From positions 1 to 64,000 of IMG/VR virus record IMGVR_UViG_3300021420_000016: a DNA stretch of 64,000 nucleotides; one strand, given 5' to 3'. The notes below the pieces were generated by a model. That model saw nothing but the letters and a program-made list of their open reading frames with translations, was not told where the DNA came from and did not search any database. Below, piece by piece: positions 37,601 through 47,334 of the stretch. Numbering within the stretch: position 1 is the stretch's first letter; the number at the start of each line of letters is the position of its first letter. The DNA comes from a virus. The translations under genes were made by a program, and so were the position numbers.

Positions 37601-38611
37601 TACACCAACGGCGCGCTGGCCCAGTCCCAGGCGCTGTCGGCCGCGCAGGCGGGCAACTGGGCCGCCTGCATGCTGGGCTGCGGAAACTATGCGTATCACA
37701 ACGGCACCCTCGTCGGCGGCGTGTTCACTGCCAATAACCTGGCCATCTACCCCTACCAGGTGCCCCTGCAGCGGATCGTGTCGCACTACGTCACGGGCGT
37801 GAGCGGGCAGCAGGGCGTCGACGCGACCACCCGGATCGCCCAGATGCTCGCCTGGTCGGCGCTGGGCGTCCCCCGCGGCGGGCAGGTCACGTTCAACGGG
37901 GTGCCGGCCCCGGTGCAGCAGGGCCCCGCGTACTCACTGTCCGGGACCAGTGTGTCCGACGGGATCAACCAGGTCGCCACCAACGAACTGGGCATGGCGT
38001 TCGCCTCCCCGGACGGCACGCTGCAGTTCATGCACCGCTGGGCCCTGTACAACCAGGTCCCGTCGCTGGTGTTCGGCGACGACGAATCCCTGGGGGAGAT
38101 CCCCTACCTGCCGGGCCAGAGTTTCGACTATGGAAATACGTATCTATTCAATATCGACCAGGTGACCCAGACGATAGGCCCGACGACGGGCATCACCGTC
38201 ACCAGCGCCGACACCACCAGTGAGGCGGAATACTTCAACCGGTCGATCCTGCAGCTCGGCATCCAGACCATGTCCAATCTGGACGCCTACGACATCGCCA
38301 ACCAGTCCCTGTCGGTCTACTCCCAGCCATTCCTGCGACTGCAGGGCCTGACCGTGGACGCCGCCGCTAACCCTTCGGTGGCGTTCCCCGGGGTGCTGTC
38401 CTTGCAGCAGGGCAACGTGACGACGGTGAACCGGCGGCCGGTCGGCGGCGCGCCGATCAGCGTCAGCGTGCTCGTGCAAAAAGTGACCCACAACATCGGC
38501 CCGGGGATGTGGCAGACCTCTTATGAGATGTCCCCGTACACGCCGCTGAGCGCGGTGCTTCAGCTTGACGCCCCCGGTTACGACGAAATAGGCGGCAACT
38601 CGCTTCCGTAG
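34628..38611 (+). CDS. Large tail-tip/baseplate protein: GH26-like N-terminal domain, Pro-rich repeats, LamG-like domain
   Basis: LWQEP, FYPG...DAIAVDYY, PFGIFETG; WTDIT...DNHDGAFTPGN...SPY...GYVERWP actinophage tail motif; LTVEFW...SLYTNG. Confidence 0.75.
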   Translation: MAAKAGPVGAYADYTNGVWPGTVTNQPQAWALWESQTGTTAQACKIFYYNLSQFPTAMDSQTSTAASLGIKAVVCVKPNYASTSTMATDLVSFTAMVQMFKSNGLSGYIVLWQEPQNLGKTPTNPTGPEFQALFRYDPNGTGIGGYHAAANQYGFQLVYDAASHSPGEWSTFYPGAQFLDAIAVDYYCDTYLGGIRIDGTGSIMDLADNGYYYHPSGNVPAPPIPFGIFETGVTAGGTSSQPTQAQMAAYLGYLSQIMGWNPAAAGLNAGRLNRGLANAPVMWYNGQASQTLNQIVPLATATYTHASYCVDTGYPALWTALQPQSAGYTTPAVPGLAAPGTFTPGLEGTYQPLEPLYTTAIPGMAQPATFSPGDPGNQSLPPPPPIVALTPAVAGQASPGTFTPGDPGAAIPGPVDDPYVVQQVTASFTYNYGWSSTEFSGNAPGNMLVVIAAWDLNATGTTAPMPAAYVVDSNLNYWWHAGTTSSDNTGSRCAIWVAPNAQAVDWVSCSLTTFSSSLVYTILEVGNAPQFFTIDISETDSDTGNITLSADPGLTGAADIGFTMLAAGSTTTTLTGPPAGWTALTQVQAGAGQPNGITLWPFWNPVVVAGTDLDASYTVSSSAPLSAVTVAIEASPYPPRQNNPNLPVIRVEAAFGFLPGDPSQSPPSWTDITNRCAAKDGTPFIAPSLGKAYELATPETGELLISCDNHDGAFTPGNGNSPYGVPGVGVVLGTPIRVSAFWDGSWYNIAYGYVERWPQEWPDMPQWGMSAMIAADAFSALAAAVSYSALNGDLLIDSPYVLIPCYEQYTTQANSINVVFTASECQGLLAANISRFNQRPGTYVDGSGAGGVVNPCATGQSTTLLGSQDTGFGCSSFTPPLTLTSSGPGMIYWDPALPSPLSPAGLTVEFWLTISAISSGPNTQPTVFTAFSSASNYQTSHPSLQIQVQNYTGNNIIVVTFADGTTMQAPFSPSPNPQQVALVFSPSTVSLYTNGALAQSQALSAAQAGNWAACMLGCGNYAYHNGTLVGGVFTANNLAIYPYQVPLQRIVSHYVTGVSGQQGVDATTRIAQMLAWSALGVPRGGQVTFNGVPAPVQQGPAYSLSGTSVSDGINQVATNELGMAFASPDGTLQFMHRWALYNQVPSLVFGDDESLGEIPYLPGQSFDYGNTYLFNIDQVTQTIGPTTGITVTSADTTSEAEYFNRSILQLGIQTMSNLDAYDIANQSLSVYSQPFLRLQGLTVDAAANPSVAFPGVLSLQQGNVTTVNRRPVGGAPISVSVLVQKVTHNIGPGMWQTSYEMSPYTPLSAVLQLDAPGYDEIGGNSLP
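35608..35860 (+). repeat. Three coding repeats (T-P/T-A-V/I-P/A-GxAxP-G/A-TF-T/S-PG)
   Basis: Visible in the translation and as repeated CACGTTC-C-CCCGGC DNA. Confidence 0.7.
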
Positions 38612-38761
38612 TCACTCCCGGTGCGGGCACCGCCGCCAGAACAGCAGCCGGCAGCGCCACGTCTTCGGGCGCGACGGCCCGTGCCAGGGGTCTTCCATCC
38701 GCCGGATCACATCGAGAACCGTGGCGTACGGCGGCGGCGCGGGCCGGTCCTCATCGCTCAC
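38612..38761 (-). CDS. Very small hypothetical protein (49 aa)
   Basis: GTG..TGA ORF filling the gap between tail genes. Confidence 0.3.
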   Translation of the reverse strand: MSDEDRPAPPPYATVLDVIRRMEDPWHGPSRPKTWRCRLLFWRRCPHRE

Positions 38762-38796
38762 CACCCCAGCATCCCATGCCGGAAGGGAACGCCCGC

Positions 38797-40467
38797 GTGC
38801 CCGTAGCCCTCGCGCAGGAAGCAGACGCCGCCTCCTCCTCGGTGACCTTGGGTGCCGGCACTACCGCCGGGAACACGGTGATCGTGGCGGTGGCGTGCCT
38901 GTCCTCCTCGGCCTCGGCCGGGGTCACGGGCGTCACTCTCGGCGGCTCGCCGGACAACTTCACGCTGATCGCCCCCGGCCCCTCGGCGCATGACACCACC
39001 TCGCCGAACGACTACCTGAACGTGTCCGTGTGGGCGGATGCCAACTGCCTTGCTGGCGGCACCGCCATCGTGGTCACCGGTACCGGGGTGCTGGCCACCT
39101 GGGCCTATGAGTTCTCCGGGCTACAGGGCAGCGCTGACGTCGCCAGGGTGCTCGCAGTCAGCACGTACCAGGACTCGTGGCTGGCATCCACGGCGCCGAC
39201 CACGGTCCCGGCGGAGGCATGGATCGCCGTCGCCGGCGCGGCCAACCAGACCGCCACGCCCACCCCAAGCATCACCGCCGGGAACGGATGGACGGCAGAG
39301 ACCGCTTACAACGGGACGTCGGGTTCCTACGACTGGGCTGGCGTGTCCGCGTACCAGACGGTTAACACGGTAGGGACGCCGGTCTTCAACGGGAACCATG
39401 CACAGCCGTCGCTCTCTGTCGTCGCGATCGTCACCCTCGGCGCCGGGGCGCCGCCTGTCGCATCGGCGGCGATAGCCCCTCTTACCGGAAACGTGACCGT
39501 CCGCCAAGGTGGCCTGAGTGTGCACGGCAATGTCGCCGCTGGCGGCGTGGTCACTCAGGGCGGCACGCCGGTGAATCTTATCCCGGTCGGCCCGAAGACG
39601 GGGAACTACACCGCCAAGCCGGGCGATTTCGTGCTGACGAACTATGGCGCAGGTCTTCCTGCACTGCCGGTGATCACCCTGCCCGCCGCGCCGCCGAACG
39701 GGGCGCTGATTGGCGTCAAACTGCTCACCAATCCCGCTGGGCTGCTGACCGTGCAGGCGTCCGGCGCCGACGTGATCGACGCCGTCCCCGCCGCCACCAC
39801 GCAGATCAATCCCACCGGCACCGGCACCGTGTTCGTCCTTCAGTACCAGACTTCCACCGCCACCTGGTACACCCAGTCCACCGGCACCCAGTTGCCGCCG
39901 CCGCCGGCGATGAACTCACCACAGCCCAGCGACCTTGGCTATGTCACCTGGGCGTACGACCCGGCGGTGATGAACGGTACGCTCACCGGCGTCGCACTTC
40001 CGTCGTCGGGGAACGTGACCCTGGTCAGGTGCCCAGTGCGGGCCACCATGAACATCTCCACTATCGAGGTCTATGCCACCGCCAGCGGCAGCAGTCTCAC
40101 CTCGGGTGAGAACTTCGCTGGCGTCTACACCTCCGCAGGCGCCCTGTTGTGCGCCACGGCAGACCAGACCTCCAACTGGACGGCCAGTGGTGCGCCGGTA
40201 ACCGCCAGCCCGGTCGGCGCCCCCTTCGCCGTCAATCCGCCGTGGGTGTGGGCGGCGTTCCTGTGCAATGGCAGCACCGGGCCGTCCTTCGCCGCCACCG
40301 CGAATGTGTCCGCCGCCTGGGCGAACGGGCATCCGAGCAGCGGCCGGGGATACCGGTACGCCCAGCTCGTCGGCACGTTCACCAGCCTGCCGTCCTCGTT
40401 CGCCCTGATCGGCGGCGCCGGTGGTTACGGTACCGCCGCCACCCAGTACTGGACGGCCCTGTACTGA
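38797..40467 (+). CDS. Minor tail / fibre protein
   Basis: Thr/Gly-rich; KTGNYTAKPGDFV...ITLPAAP module shared with 44373..46019. Confidence 0.7.
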   Translation: MPVALAQEADAASSSVTLGAGTTAGNTVIVAVACLSSSASAGVTGVTLGGSPDNFTLIAPGPSAHDTTSPNDYLNVSVWADANCLAGGTAIVVTGTGVLATWAYEFSGLQGSADVARVLAVSTYQDSWLASTAPTTVPAEAWIAVAGAANQTATPTPSITAGNGWTAETAYNGTSGSYDWAGVSAYQTVNTVGTPVFNGNHAQPSLSVVAIVTLGAGAPPVASAAIAPLTGNVTVRQGGLSVHGNVAAGGVVTQGGTPVNLIPVGPKTGNYTAKPGDFVLTNYGAGLPALPVITLPAAPPNGALIGVKLLTNPAGLLTVQASGADVIDAVPAATTQINPTGTGTVFVLQYQTSTATWYTQSTGTQLPPPPAMNSPQPSDLGYVTWAYDPAVMNGTLTGVALPSSGNVTLVRCPVRATMNISTIEVYATASGSSLTSGENFAGVYTSAGALLCATADQTSNWTASGAPVTASPVGAPFAVNPPWVWAAFLCNGSTGPSFAATANVSAAWANGHPSSGRGYRYAQLVGTFTSLPSSFALIGGAGGYGTAATQYWTALY

Positions 40468-40496
40468 CCACCGCACACCACCCCGGGGGAGGGCTG

Positions 40497-43400
40497 TTGC
40501 CATCTCCCGTGGTGCCGTGGGTTCAATATCAGCCCTTGACCGCCAAGGCCTTGAATATTTCGCTTTACACCTCCGACGGGACGGCGGACAACACGACCGG
40601 GATCAGTTTCGCGACCTGGCGGCCAGCATTGTTCGAGGCCTACAACACCGCACTGACGCTGCACACCTCCTCGGGTGGCAGTCGCAGCACCCTGGCGTCG
40701 ACCGGAAGCCTGACCTCGTGCTGGGTTGTGTTTGACTCGGCCGGTTACTTCGGCCAGACCCAGGATCTCCCGGCGTACGGCTACTACCAGTTCACCCCGG
40801 TCGTGGAAGGGTCCACCGGGGATGGGATCAACGCCGGCGGCTGGTATCTGGTCGCCCACTTCGCCCCGCTGACCTCCACGTCCAGCCAGACCAGCGTCGG
40901 CGCGGACCTTTTGCAGAACGGCGCGTTCCTGTCTGCGGGGACGCGGCAGAAGCCCACCTCGGCGAACCACGGGTGCCCGTTCTTCTTCGACCTGATCAAC
41001 GCCGGCACCAACACCTTCGCCCCCGCCGCGCTCGTGGGCGACTCCTCCAGCGCGAACTGCTCGCTCGTGGTCAACAGCACCGACTCCTCGGGGGAAACGC
41101 CCCGGTCGTATGCGATCTGGGCGGGGATCTCGGCGTCGTCGGCCGGGGAGGCGTCCTGGGACGTCGCCGGGACCTACACCTGGTTCGCGCCGGACGGGGT
41201 CACCGAGGTCACCGTGGCCGAGACCGGCGGCGGCGGCGGTGGTGGCGCGGGGAACTCCTCCTCCGCAATCACGGGCGGTGGTGGCGGTGGCGGGGCCGAG
41301 TTCGCCTCCGGGGTGGTCGCGGTCACCCCCGGCGACCCGTTCCCGGTGACCGTCGGCGCGGGCGGCACGGGCGGCGCCGCGGCGGGCGACAACGGGTCCA
41401 ACGGCGGCGTGTCCACGTTCACCGGGCTGTCCTCGCTCACCGCCCACGGCGGCAGTTTCGGCGCCGGGGCCACCACGGCGGCCTCCGGCGCGGGCGGCGC
41501 GGGCGGCACCGGGTCGGGGGCGAGCACCCACTTCAGCGGCGGCGCGGGAGCTACCGGGTCAAACAACAAGTACGGCGGCGGCGGCGGCTCCTCGGGCGGC
41601 ACCACCTCGAAGGGCAACGCCGCTTCCAGTGCGGCGGCCGCCCCGGCGGTACCCGGCGGTGGCCCCGGTGGCGCTGGCGGGGCGCCGGTGATCTCCGTCG
41701 TGCAGACCGCGCACGGGTCCGCCAACGGCAACGCCCTGACCGTCTCCCTCAAGGGCACCCAGGCCGGGAACACGATCCTGGCGTTCGTCTACTACCAGGC
41801 CACCGGGGGCACTCTGACGGACCCGGTGGTCGCCCTGAACGACGGCACCGCGCTCACCTCCCGGGTGGAAGCCGACGTCACCAGCAACGTCAACTTGCAG
41901 GTCCGCCTGTTCGACGTGTACGCCATCCCCGGCGGCGAAACGTCGATCACCATCACCGGCTCGGGCAGCAGTGACCGGGGCGTCCTCGCCGAGATCTACG
42001 AGGTGTCCGGCCTCGGCGCCAGTCCGGCGTTCGACATCCAGTCCACGCACACGCAGGGGCCCTCGCACCCGGACGTGAACTACCAGTCCTGGTCCGGCAG
42101 CGCGCCGCCATCCACCACCAAGGCCCCCGAGTTGTGGGTGGCGATGACCGGCGGCCAGCAGATCGGGAACTTCACCGTCCAGAACCCGGCGGGCAGTGAG
42201 GGCTGGACAGTGGACAGCCCCCATTACGTCACCACCAGCGGCACCTACAGCAACGTCACCGGCGCGATCCTCACCGCCCACCAGATCAAGACCGCCACTG
42301 GCGCAATCGGGTTCTCCGGCCTGTTCTCCACCGGGGTCACCAAGGGCACCATGGCCGTCTCGTACGTCCCCGGCGCGGCCACCGTCGGCCAGTCCCCGCC
42401 AGTCGGGCCCGGTGGCGGTGGCGGCGGCGGGTACAACCAGAACGCGGGCGCAAACGGTTCCGACGGGCAGGTCACCCTGACGTGGACCACGTCGTCCAAC
42501 TCCAACTACGGCACCGGGAACGTCCCTGCCCCCCTGGCGGCGTGGAACGACACGACCCCCGTGACCGCGGCCCTGCTCAACGGAAACACGGGCGTCGCCG
42601 GCGTCGTCAATTTCCTGGCCAACCCCCCCGTGCTGCGCGCCCACGCCACCACCACCCAGTCCATCGCGAACTCCACCGCGGCCACGGTCGCGCTCGGCGT
42701 GGTGGACACCGACACCTACTCGGGGTGGAACTCCTCCACCAATACCTACACGGTGGCGCAGCCGGGCATCTACCTCGCCGGCGCCCTGGTGCCCTACGCC
42801 GCGAACGGCACCGGGATCCGCACCGCCGGGATCAGCGTCAACGGCACCATCTACTGGGGGCCGCCGTCCAACGGTGGCTCGGCGGACCTGTGCAGCGTCC
42901 CCAAGACGCAGATGTTCTCCCTCAACATCGGCGACACCGTGCAGCTTGCCACGTGGCAGAACTCCGGCGGGGCGCTCGGCACCGCGACCGCGGCGCAGGC
43001 CCGGATGTTCCTGGTGTGGCTGTGCGCCCAAGGTGCTCCGGCGACCGTCCCCGGCGCTCCCGATCCGGGGTTCCGGTGGCAGTCCGGCACGCCCGGAGCG
43101 GCACTGCCGGGGCTGATGACCCAGCACCTGTCGCAGGACCTCGGCTTCCTGGTGCAGCGGCCCTACCTGCTCGCCTACCAGTCGGCGGCGCAAAGCGGGC
43201 TCACCCAGAACGCCTTCTCCACCGTCGTGCTGGACCAGGCCAAGGGCATTGTCCACGCCGACGCCGGGGACAACTACGGCGGGTGGACGTCGGGGTCCTC
43301 CAACAACTACGCCGCTGTCGTACCCGGGTGGTATCTGTGCGCGGGCGAGTTCTTCGCCACCGAGTCGGCCGCCTCCGGCGCATCGGTCATCGGTGCCATC

Positions 43401-43649
43401 CTGCCCTCCACGTCCGGCGGGTTCACCCCGAGCGTCACGCCGGACTGGTACCAGCACCAGACCGCCACCACCAACACCGGTCTCGGCGGAGGGGTGACGG
43501 TCCTGGGTCTCTACTATTTGGAGGCCGGTGAGTCCCTGACCCCGCAGATCGAGGCCCAGTCGTACACGGCGACCTTCGGCACCCTCGCGGGCACGGCGTC
43601 CTCTGGGCAGGTGAACTCGCAGTTCGGGATGGTGTGGATCAGTAGCTGA
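40497..43649 (+). CDS. Glycine-rich minor tail protein with C1q-like C-terminal domains
   Basis: SD GGAGGG + TTG; GTYTWFAPDGVTEV...GGGGGGG; YTVAQPGIY. Confidence 0.75.
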   Translation: MPSPVVPWVQYQPLTAKALNISLYTSDGTADNTTGISFATWRPALFEAYNTALTLHTSSGGSRSTLASTGSLTSCWVVFDSAGYFGQTQDLPAYGYYQFTPVVEGSTGDGINAGGWYLVAHFAPLTSTSSQTSVGADLLQNGAFLSAGTRQKPTSANHGCPFFFDLINAGTNTFAPAALVGDSSSANCSLVVNSTDSSGETPRSYAIWAGISASSAGEASWDVAGTYTWFAPDGVTEVTVAETGGGGGGGAGNSSSAITGGGGGGGAEFASGVVAVTPGDPFPVTVGAGGTGGAAAGDNGSNGGVSTFTGLSSLTAHGGSFGAGATTAASGAGGAGGTGSGASTHFSGGAGATGSNNKYGGGGGSSGGTTSKGNAASSAAAAPAVPGGGPGGAGGAPVISVVQTAHGSANGNALTVSLKGTQAGNTILAFVYYQATGGTLTDPVVALNDGTALTSRVEADVTSNVNLQVRLFDVYAIPGGETSITITGSGSSDRGVLAEIYEVSGLGASPAFDIQSTHTQGPSHPDVNYQSWSGSAPPSTTKAPELWVAMTGGQQIGNFTVQNPAGSEGWTVDSPHYVTTSGTYSNVTGAILTAHQIKTATGAIGFSGLFSTGVTKGTMAVSYVPGAATVGQSPPVGPGGGGGGGYNQNAGANGSDGQVTLTWTTSSNSNYGTGNVPAPLAAWNDTTPVTAALLNGNTGVAGVVNFLANPPVLRAHATTTQSIANSTAATVALGVVDTDTYSGWNSSTNTYTVAQPGIYLAGALVPYAANGTGIRTAGISVNGTIYWGPPSNGGSADLCSVPKTQMFSLNIGDTVQLATWQNSGGALGTATAAQARMFLVWLCAQGAPATVPGAPDPGFRWQSGTPGAALPGLMTQHLSQDLGFLVQRPYLLAYQSAAQSGLTQNAFSTVVLDQAKGIVHADAGDNYGGWTSGSSNNYAAVVPGWYLCAGEFFATESAASGASVIGAILPSTSGGFTPSVTPDWYQHQTATTNTGLGGGVTVLGLYYLEAGESLTPQIEAQSYTATFGTLAGTASSGQVNSQFGMVWISS

Positions 43650-43862
43650 GGTTCAGGCGTCATTGTGGCGGGGGACACTTCTGGCCCCACTGTCCCCCGC
43701 ACTCAGGACAGACATGCTGTCCAAAATGACGGGGGGTTAGGCCGCACATACAGGTGCGCCGGTAGTTCAGGGCGCCCTTGCGCGTCCGGGGGACGAAAAT
43801 ACGCGGACAACGATCGGGCCGCTGGGCCTTGATCGCAGCTTGCAGGCCATGGCCGCTCATGG

Positions 43863-44309
43863 TTACCCCGCCTGCGTGAACACGTAGAAGGTCGTCCCGC
43901 AGGCGGCACCCACCACCGGGTACCGGCCCGTCCCGCAGTAGGCGAGATACAACGGCGGTGCGCCCACCGACAGGGTGTGCCCGGGCCCGTACGTCCACAG
44001 GGCCCCCGTGCCTGTGGTGAGTACGAGCCGCCCGGATGCCGCCACGGCGATAGACAGGGTGCTGCCGTAAGGCTTCAGCACGTCGCCGGTGAAGTCCCAG
44101 TTCTGGTCCGGCCGGATGGCGCTGCACTTGGCCAAGACGGCAGCTTCGCCCGCGTGCGGGGCCTTGAGCGGGGAACCTAGGCCCAGGCACAGGACGGTAC
44201 CGGTCCCTGAGGACCAGGAGACGCGTGACACCGGGTCAGTGGACGCGGACGCGGCGGCGGTGCTCCCGGCAATTACCAGTGCGAGCATCAAGGCGGCGAG
44301 TTTAGGCAC
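43863..44309 (-). CDS. Secreted protein, ricin-B lectin-like
   Basis: Signal peptide; LCL...LAKC...DQNW; SD GGGAGG. Confidence 0.5.
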   Translation of the reverse strand: MPKLAALMLALVIAGSTAAASASTDPVSRVSWSSGTGTVLCLGLGSPLKAPHAGEAAVLAKCSAIRPDQNWDFTGDVLKPYGSTLSIAVAASGRLVLTTGTGALWTYGPGHTLSVGAPPLYLAYCGTGRYPVVGAACGTTFYVFTQAG

Positions 44310-44372
44310 GGTTCCTCCCTTTGATTCACTGCTTCATTCTGCCATTCCGGCGGCTGTTTTGAGGAGTGGCCC

Positions 44373-46019
44373 GTGACGACTCCGGTACCCGGCCCGCCCG
44401 CCTCGGTGCTGTCCGCAATCCTCGTGGCCAACCCGGATGCCCCCGGTTCCCCCCTGAAGCTGGCGACGTTCAGCCAGTCCGGGGAACCTCCCGTCCTTCC
44501 CTCGCTGATGAACGATGTGGTGGTCATGCCTCAGGACGGATTGCTGGACGCCAACGGTACCTGGACCGGGTTCCTGGCCACCCAGGGCCTGACCGGAGCC
44601 ACCGCAGCCACGAGGTGGGTGGGCTCCACTGCCGCCGGGGCGCCGACGGCCGGCACGTTCGACGCGGGGGACTTCATCACCTCCCAGGACGGCAACGCCT
44701 ACATCTGTACCGCACCCGGATCGCCGGGAACGTGGGTGGCCTCAGGGGGCGCCCCGTCCGGCACAGCCGGCGGCGACCTCGGCGGCACCTACCCGGACCC
44801 GACCGTGGTGTCCGTGGCGCACGTGACCGCCGGCACCCTGGGCCTCACGCACGGCGGCACCGGGGCGACGTCGCAGAACTTCGCCAACTTGCTCACCCCC
44901 ACCGGCACCAAGACCGCCGCCTACACTGCCAGCCCCGGCGACTTCGTGCCGTGCGACACCAACTCGGTCGGCGCGTTCACGGTCACCCTGCCGGCCGCCC
45001 CGGCGGGGCTGACCGCCATCGGCATCAAGATGATCAAGCAGTCCGGCACGAACGCGGTCACCATCGCCGCCGGCGGCTCGGACGTGTTCAACGTCGCCGG
45101 GGGTGCCACCAGTCTCACCCTGAACCTGCTGTTCCAGGGGGTGCTGCTGCAGTACCGCAGCAGCGGGGCCATCTGGTACGTCTTCTCCGACGACCTGCCC
45201 CTGGGTGCCCTGGACTCCCGGTACGTCGCCTCAGTCAGTGCCGGGGACACCTCCGTCGTCATCGGCGGCAGCGCGTCGGCGCCGACGGTCGAGACCGGCA
45301 CACTGGACGTGATCGCCGCGGATCACCCGCCGGCGGCGAACTGGTCGAACAACTCCCACAAGATCACCAGTGTGGCCAACGGCGGTGCGGCGCAAGACGC
45401 CGCTGCGTGGGGGCAGACGGTCAGCGGCGTCCTCACCACCGTCGGCGACACCGTCTACGAGAACTCCACCCCGGCCCCGGCCCGGCTGGCGGGTAACACC
45501 ACCGCACAGAAGATGTTCCTGAACTCCACCGGGACAGGCTCGGCGGCGAACGCGCCCGCGTGGGCCACGGTCTCCGGGCAGTACCTGCGCGCTCCCACCA
45601 TCGTCACCACCGGGACCACCTACACCACCACCTCCGCGACGTTCGCCGCGATCGCCCCCGGCACCGTAGGCACGGGAAGCTTCATCGCGCCGTCTTCCGG
45701 CGAGGTGGTCATCGAGGTGGATGTGGTGCTGAACACCTCGGTGGCGACGACCTACGGGTTCGCGCTCGCCACGACCGCGACCGTGACCCCGATCGTGGGA
45801 AACGTCATCGGCGGTGAGGCGTCGTCCTCGACGCCCTACCAGCCGACGCACCTGTGCTTCCCGGTGACCTCGCTGACCGGTGGCACCTCCTACAACTACG
45901 ACGTGCTGTTCGCGACGGTCAGCGGCACCCTGTCGTGCCCCTCGCTGGGCAGCGCCAACACCACCGTCACGGCCAACAACAAGGGCGCCCCCATCGTCGT
46001 CGCCGTCAAAGCCGTCTGA
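44373..46019 (+). CDS. Tail fibre-like protein
   Basis: PSGTAGGDLGGTYPDPTV and HKITSVANG...QDAA fibre motifs. Confidence 0.75.
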   Translation: MTTPVPGPPASVLSAILVANPDAPGSPLKLATFSQSGEPPVLPSLMNDVVVMPQDGLLDANGTWTGFLATQGLTGATAATRWVGSTAAGAPTAGTFDAGDFITSQDGNAYICTAPGSPGTWVASGGAPSGTAGGDLGGTYPDPTVVSVAHVTAGTLGLTHGGTGATSQNFANLLTPTGTKTAAYTASPGDFVPCDTNSVGAFTVTLPAAPAGLTAIGIKMIKQSGTNAVTIAAGGSDVFNVAGGATSLTLNLLFQGVLLQYRSSGAIWYVFSDDLPLGALDSRYVASVSAGDTSVVIGGSASAPTVETGTLDVIAADHPPAANWSNNSHKITSVANGGAAQDAAAWGQTVSGVLTTVGDTVYENSTPAPARLAGNTTAQKMFLNSTGTGSAANAPAWATVSGQYLRAPTIVTTGTTYTTTSATFAAIAPGTVGTGSFIAPSSGEVVIEVDVVLNTSVATTYGFALATTATVTPIVGNVIGGEASSSTPYQPTHLCFPVTSLTGGTSYNYDVLFATVSGTLSCPSLGSANTTVTANNKGAPIVVAVKAV

Positions 46020-46066
46020 GGGCCCACCGCCTAGTGAGTGGCGGCCCCCCGTGGAGGGGGTGAGGC

Positions 46067-47308
46067 GTGCCATCCCAGTTCGCCGGCTCGTTCGCCCCTT
46101 CCCCGCAGTCGTGGCTGGGTATCGCCCGCGAACTCATCGCTGGCACGCCGGTGCTGCCCACCGACGCGGTCCCCGTCGACGGCGACGCCTACGACATCGA
46201 AGACACCCCCGTATTCCTGCAAGACGCCGGAATCCGCGCCACCATGGGTGCCGTGTTCGGCGCCGTCCCGGGCACCCAGACTGCCGCGTTCTCCTTCGGT
46301 TCCCCCGCCTACCTGGACGTCGAAGGCTACTGGCTCGACAACATTTTCGGCGACGTCTCCACCGTGTCCGGCGGCGCGCTCGGCACCGCGCGGGCCCTGC
46401 AAACCGCACTGCCCGTGGGGGCGGCCAGCCTCGCCGTAGGCGCCTCCCTGGGCAGCGTCACCGCCGGCAGTATCATCCAGATCGCCGACGGGGATGCCTC
46501 CGAGATTGTCGTCGCCACCACGGCCACCGGCGGGACCGCGGTGAGCTTCACCGGCACCCCGTGCCGGTTCGCCCACGCCACCACCGCGACCGCCGCGCTG
46601 CAAACCGCCGCGGTCAACTACCAGCACACGTTCAACCTGCTGAACTCCGGCACCGGCATGCCGCCAACCCACACGGTCACCGACTGGACCGGCCTCACCC
46701 CCGGCGTCAGTGCCCGGTCCTACCCGAACGCGGTGGCCACCGAGCTGGATTTGGCCGGCGACGCCACCGGGTACATCACCACCAAGGTCACCGGCGTGTC
46801 CTGGCTGTCGGCACCCGCCGCGTCCACGCCCACGGTCCCGCCCGGGTTCGCAGCCCCGCTGGCATCGTGGGCTGCCACCGTCACCGTCGGCGGCGAACCA
46901 GTCCCCGACGTGGGGGACTGGAGTGTCGCCTTCCAGCGGCAGACCATCGCCTACTGGAACGCCCAGAATGCCCAGGCGCCGTACGTTTTCCCCCGCGGGC
47001 CGCTCACCGTCACCGGCGGCCTCGACTACACCGTCCCCCTCGACGAGAGCCCCCTGGACCTGATGCTCGAAGACGGCCTGCAGCCGCTGGTCATCTCCGT
47101 CAGCAACGGCCGGACCGGCGCCGCGGCCCTGTCCATGACCCTGTCCTGCGCCCAGATCCAGGCGGTCACGGCTAAACCCGTCCGGGGCGAAACCCTGATC
47201 GGTTACGCGGACACCTGGATTGCGATCGACAACGCCACCAACGCGGGAGGTTCGGGAGGCCTCGGCGCCGCCACCGTGACGCTCGTCAACGCCGTCGCCA
47301 CGTACTAG
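46067..47308 (+). CDS. Second tail-tube-like protein (paralogue of 26674..27939)
   Basis: Collinear motifs WLGIARELIAGT, YWLDNIFGD, HTFNLLN, PPTHTVTDWTG, VTLVNAVATY. Confidence 0.8.
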   Translation: MPSQFAGSFAPSPQSWLGIARELIAGTPVLPTDAVPVDGDAYDIEDTPVFLQDAGIRATMGAVFGAVPGTQTAAFSFGSPAYLDVEGYWLDNIFGDVSTVSGGALGTARALQTALPVGAASLAVGASLGSVTAGSIIQIADGDASEIVVATTATGGTAVSFTGTPCRFAHATTATAALQTAAVNYQHTFNLLNSGTGMPPTHTVTDWTGLTPGVSARSYPNAVATELDLAGDATGYITTKVTGVSWLSAPAASTPTVPPGFAAPLASWAATVTVGGEPVPDVGDWSVAFQRQTIAYWNAQNAQAPYVFPRGPLTVTGGLDYTVPLDESPLDLMLEDGLQPLVISVSNGRTGAAALSMTLSCAQIQAVTAKPVRGETLIGYADTWIAIDNATNAGGSGGLGAATVTLVNAVATY

Positions 47309-47334
47309 CAGCCAGGCCACCCGGGGGGCCGTCA

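Noticed and set aside
7067-43457. Long antisense ORFs (e.g. 7067..9310, 31938..33746, 41559..43457)
   Set aside because: Typical high-GC shadow frames opposite well-supported genes
26674-47308. Diversity-generating retroelement TR/VR pair among duplicated tail modules
   Set aside because: Paralogy is at protein level only; no reverse transcriptase and no adenine-specific near-identical repeats seen
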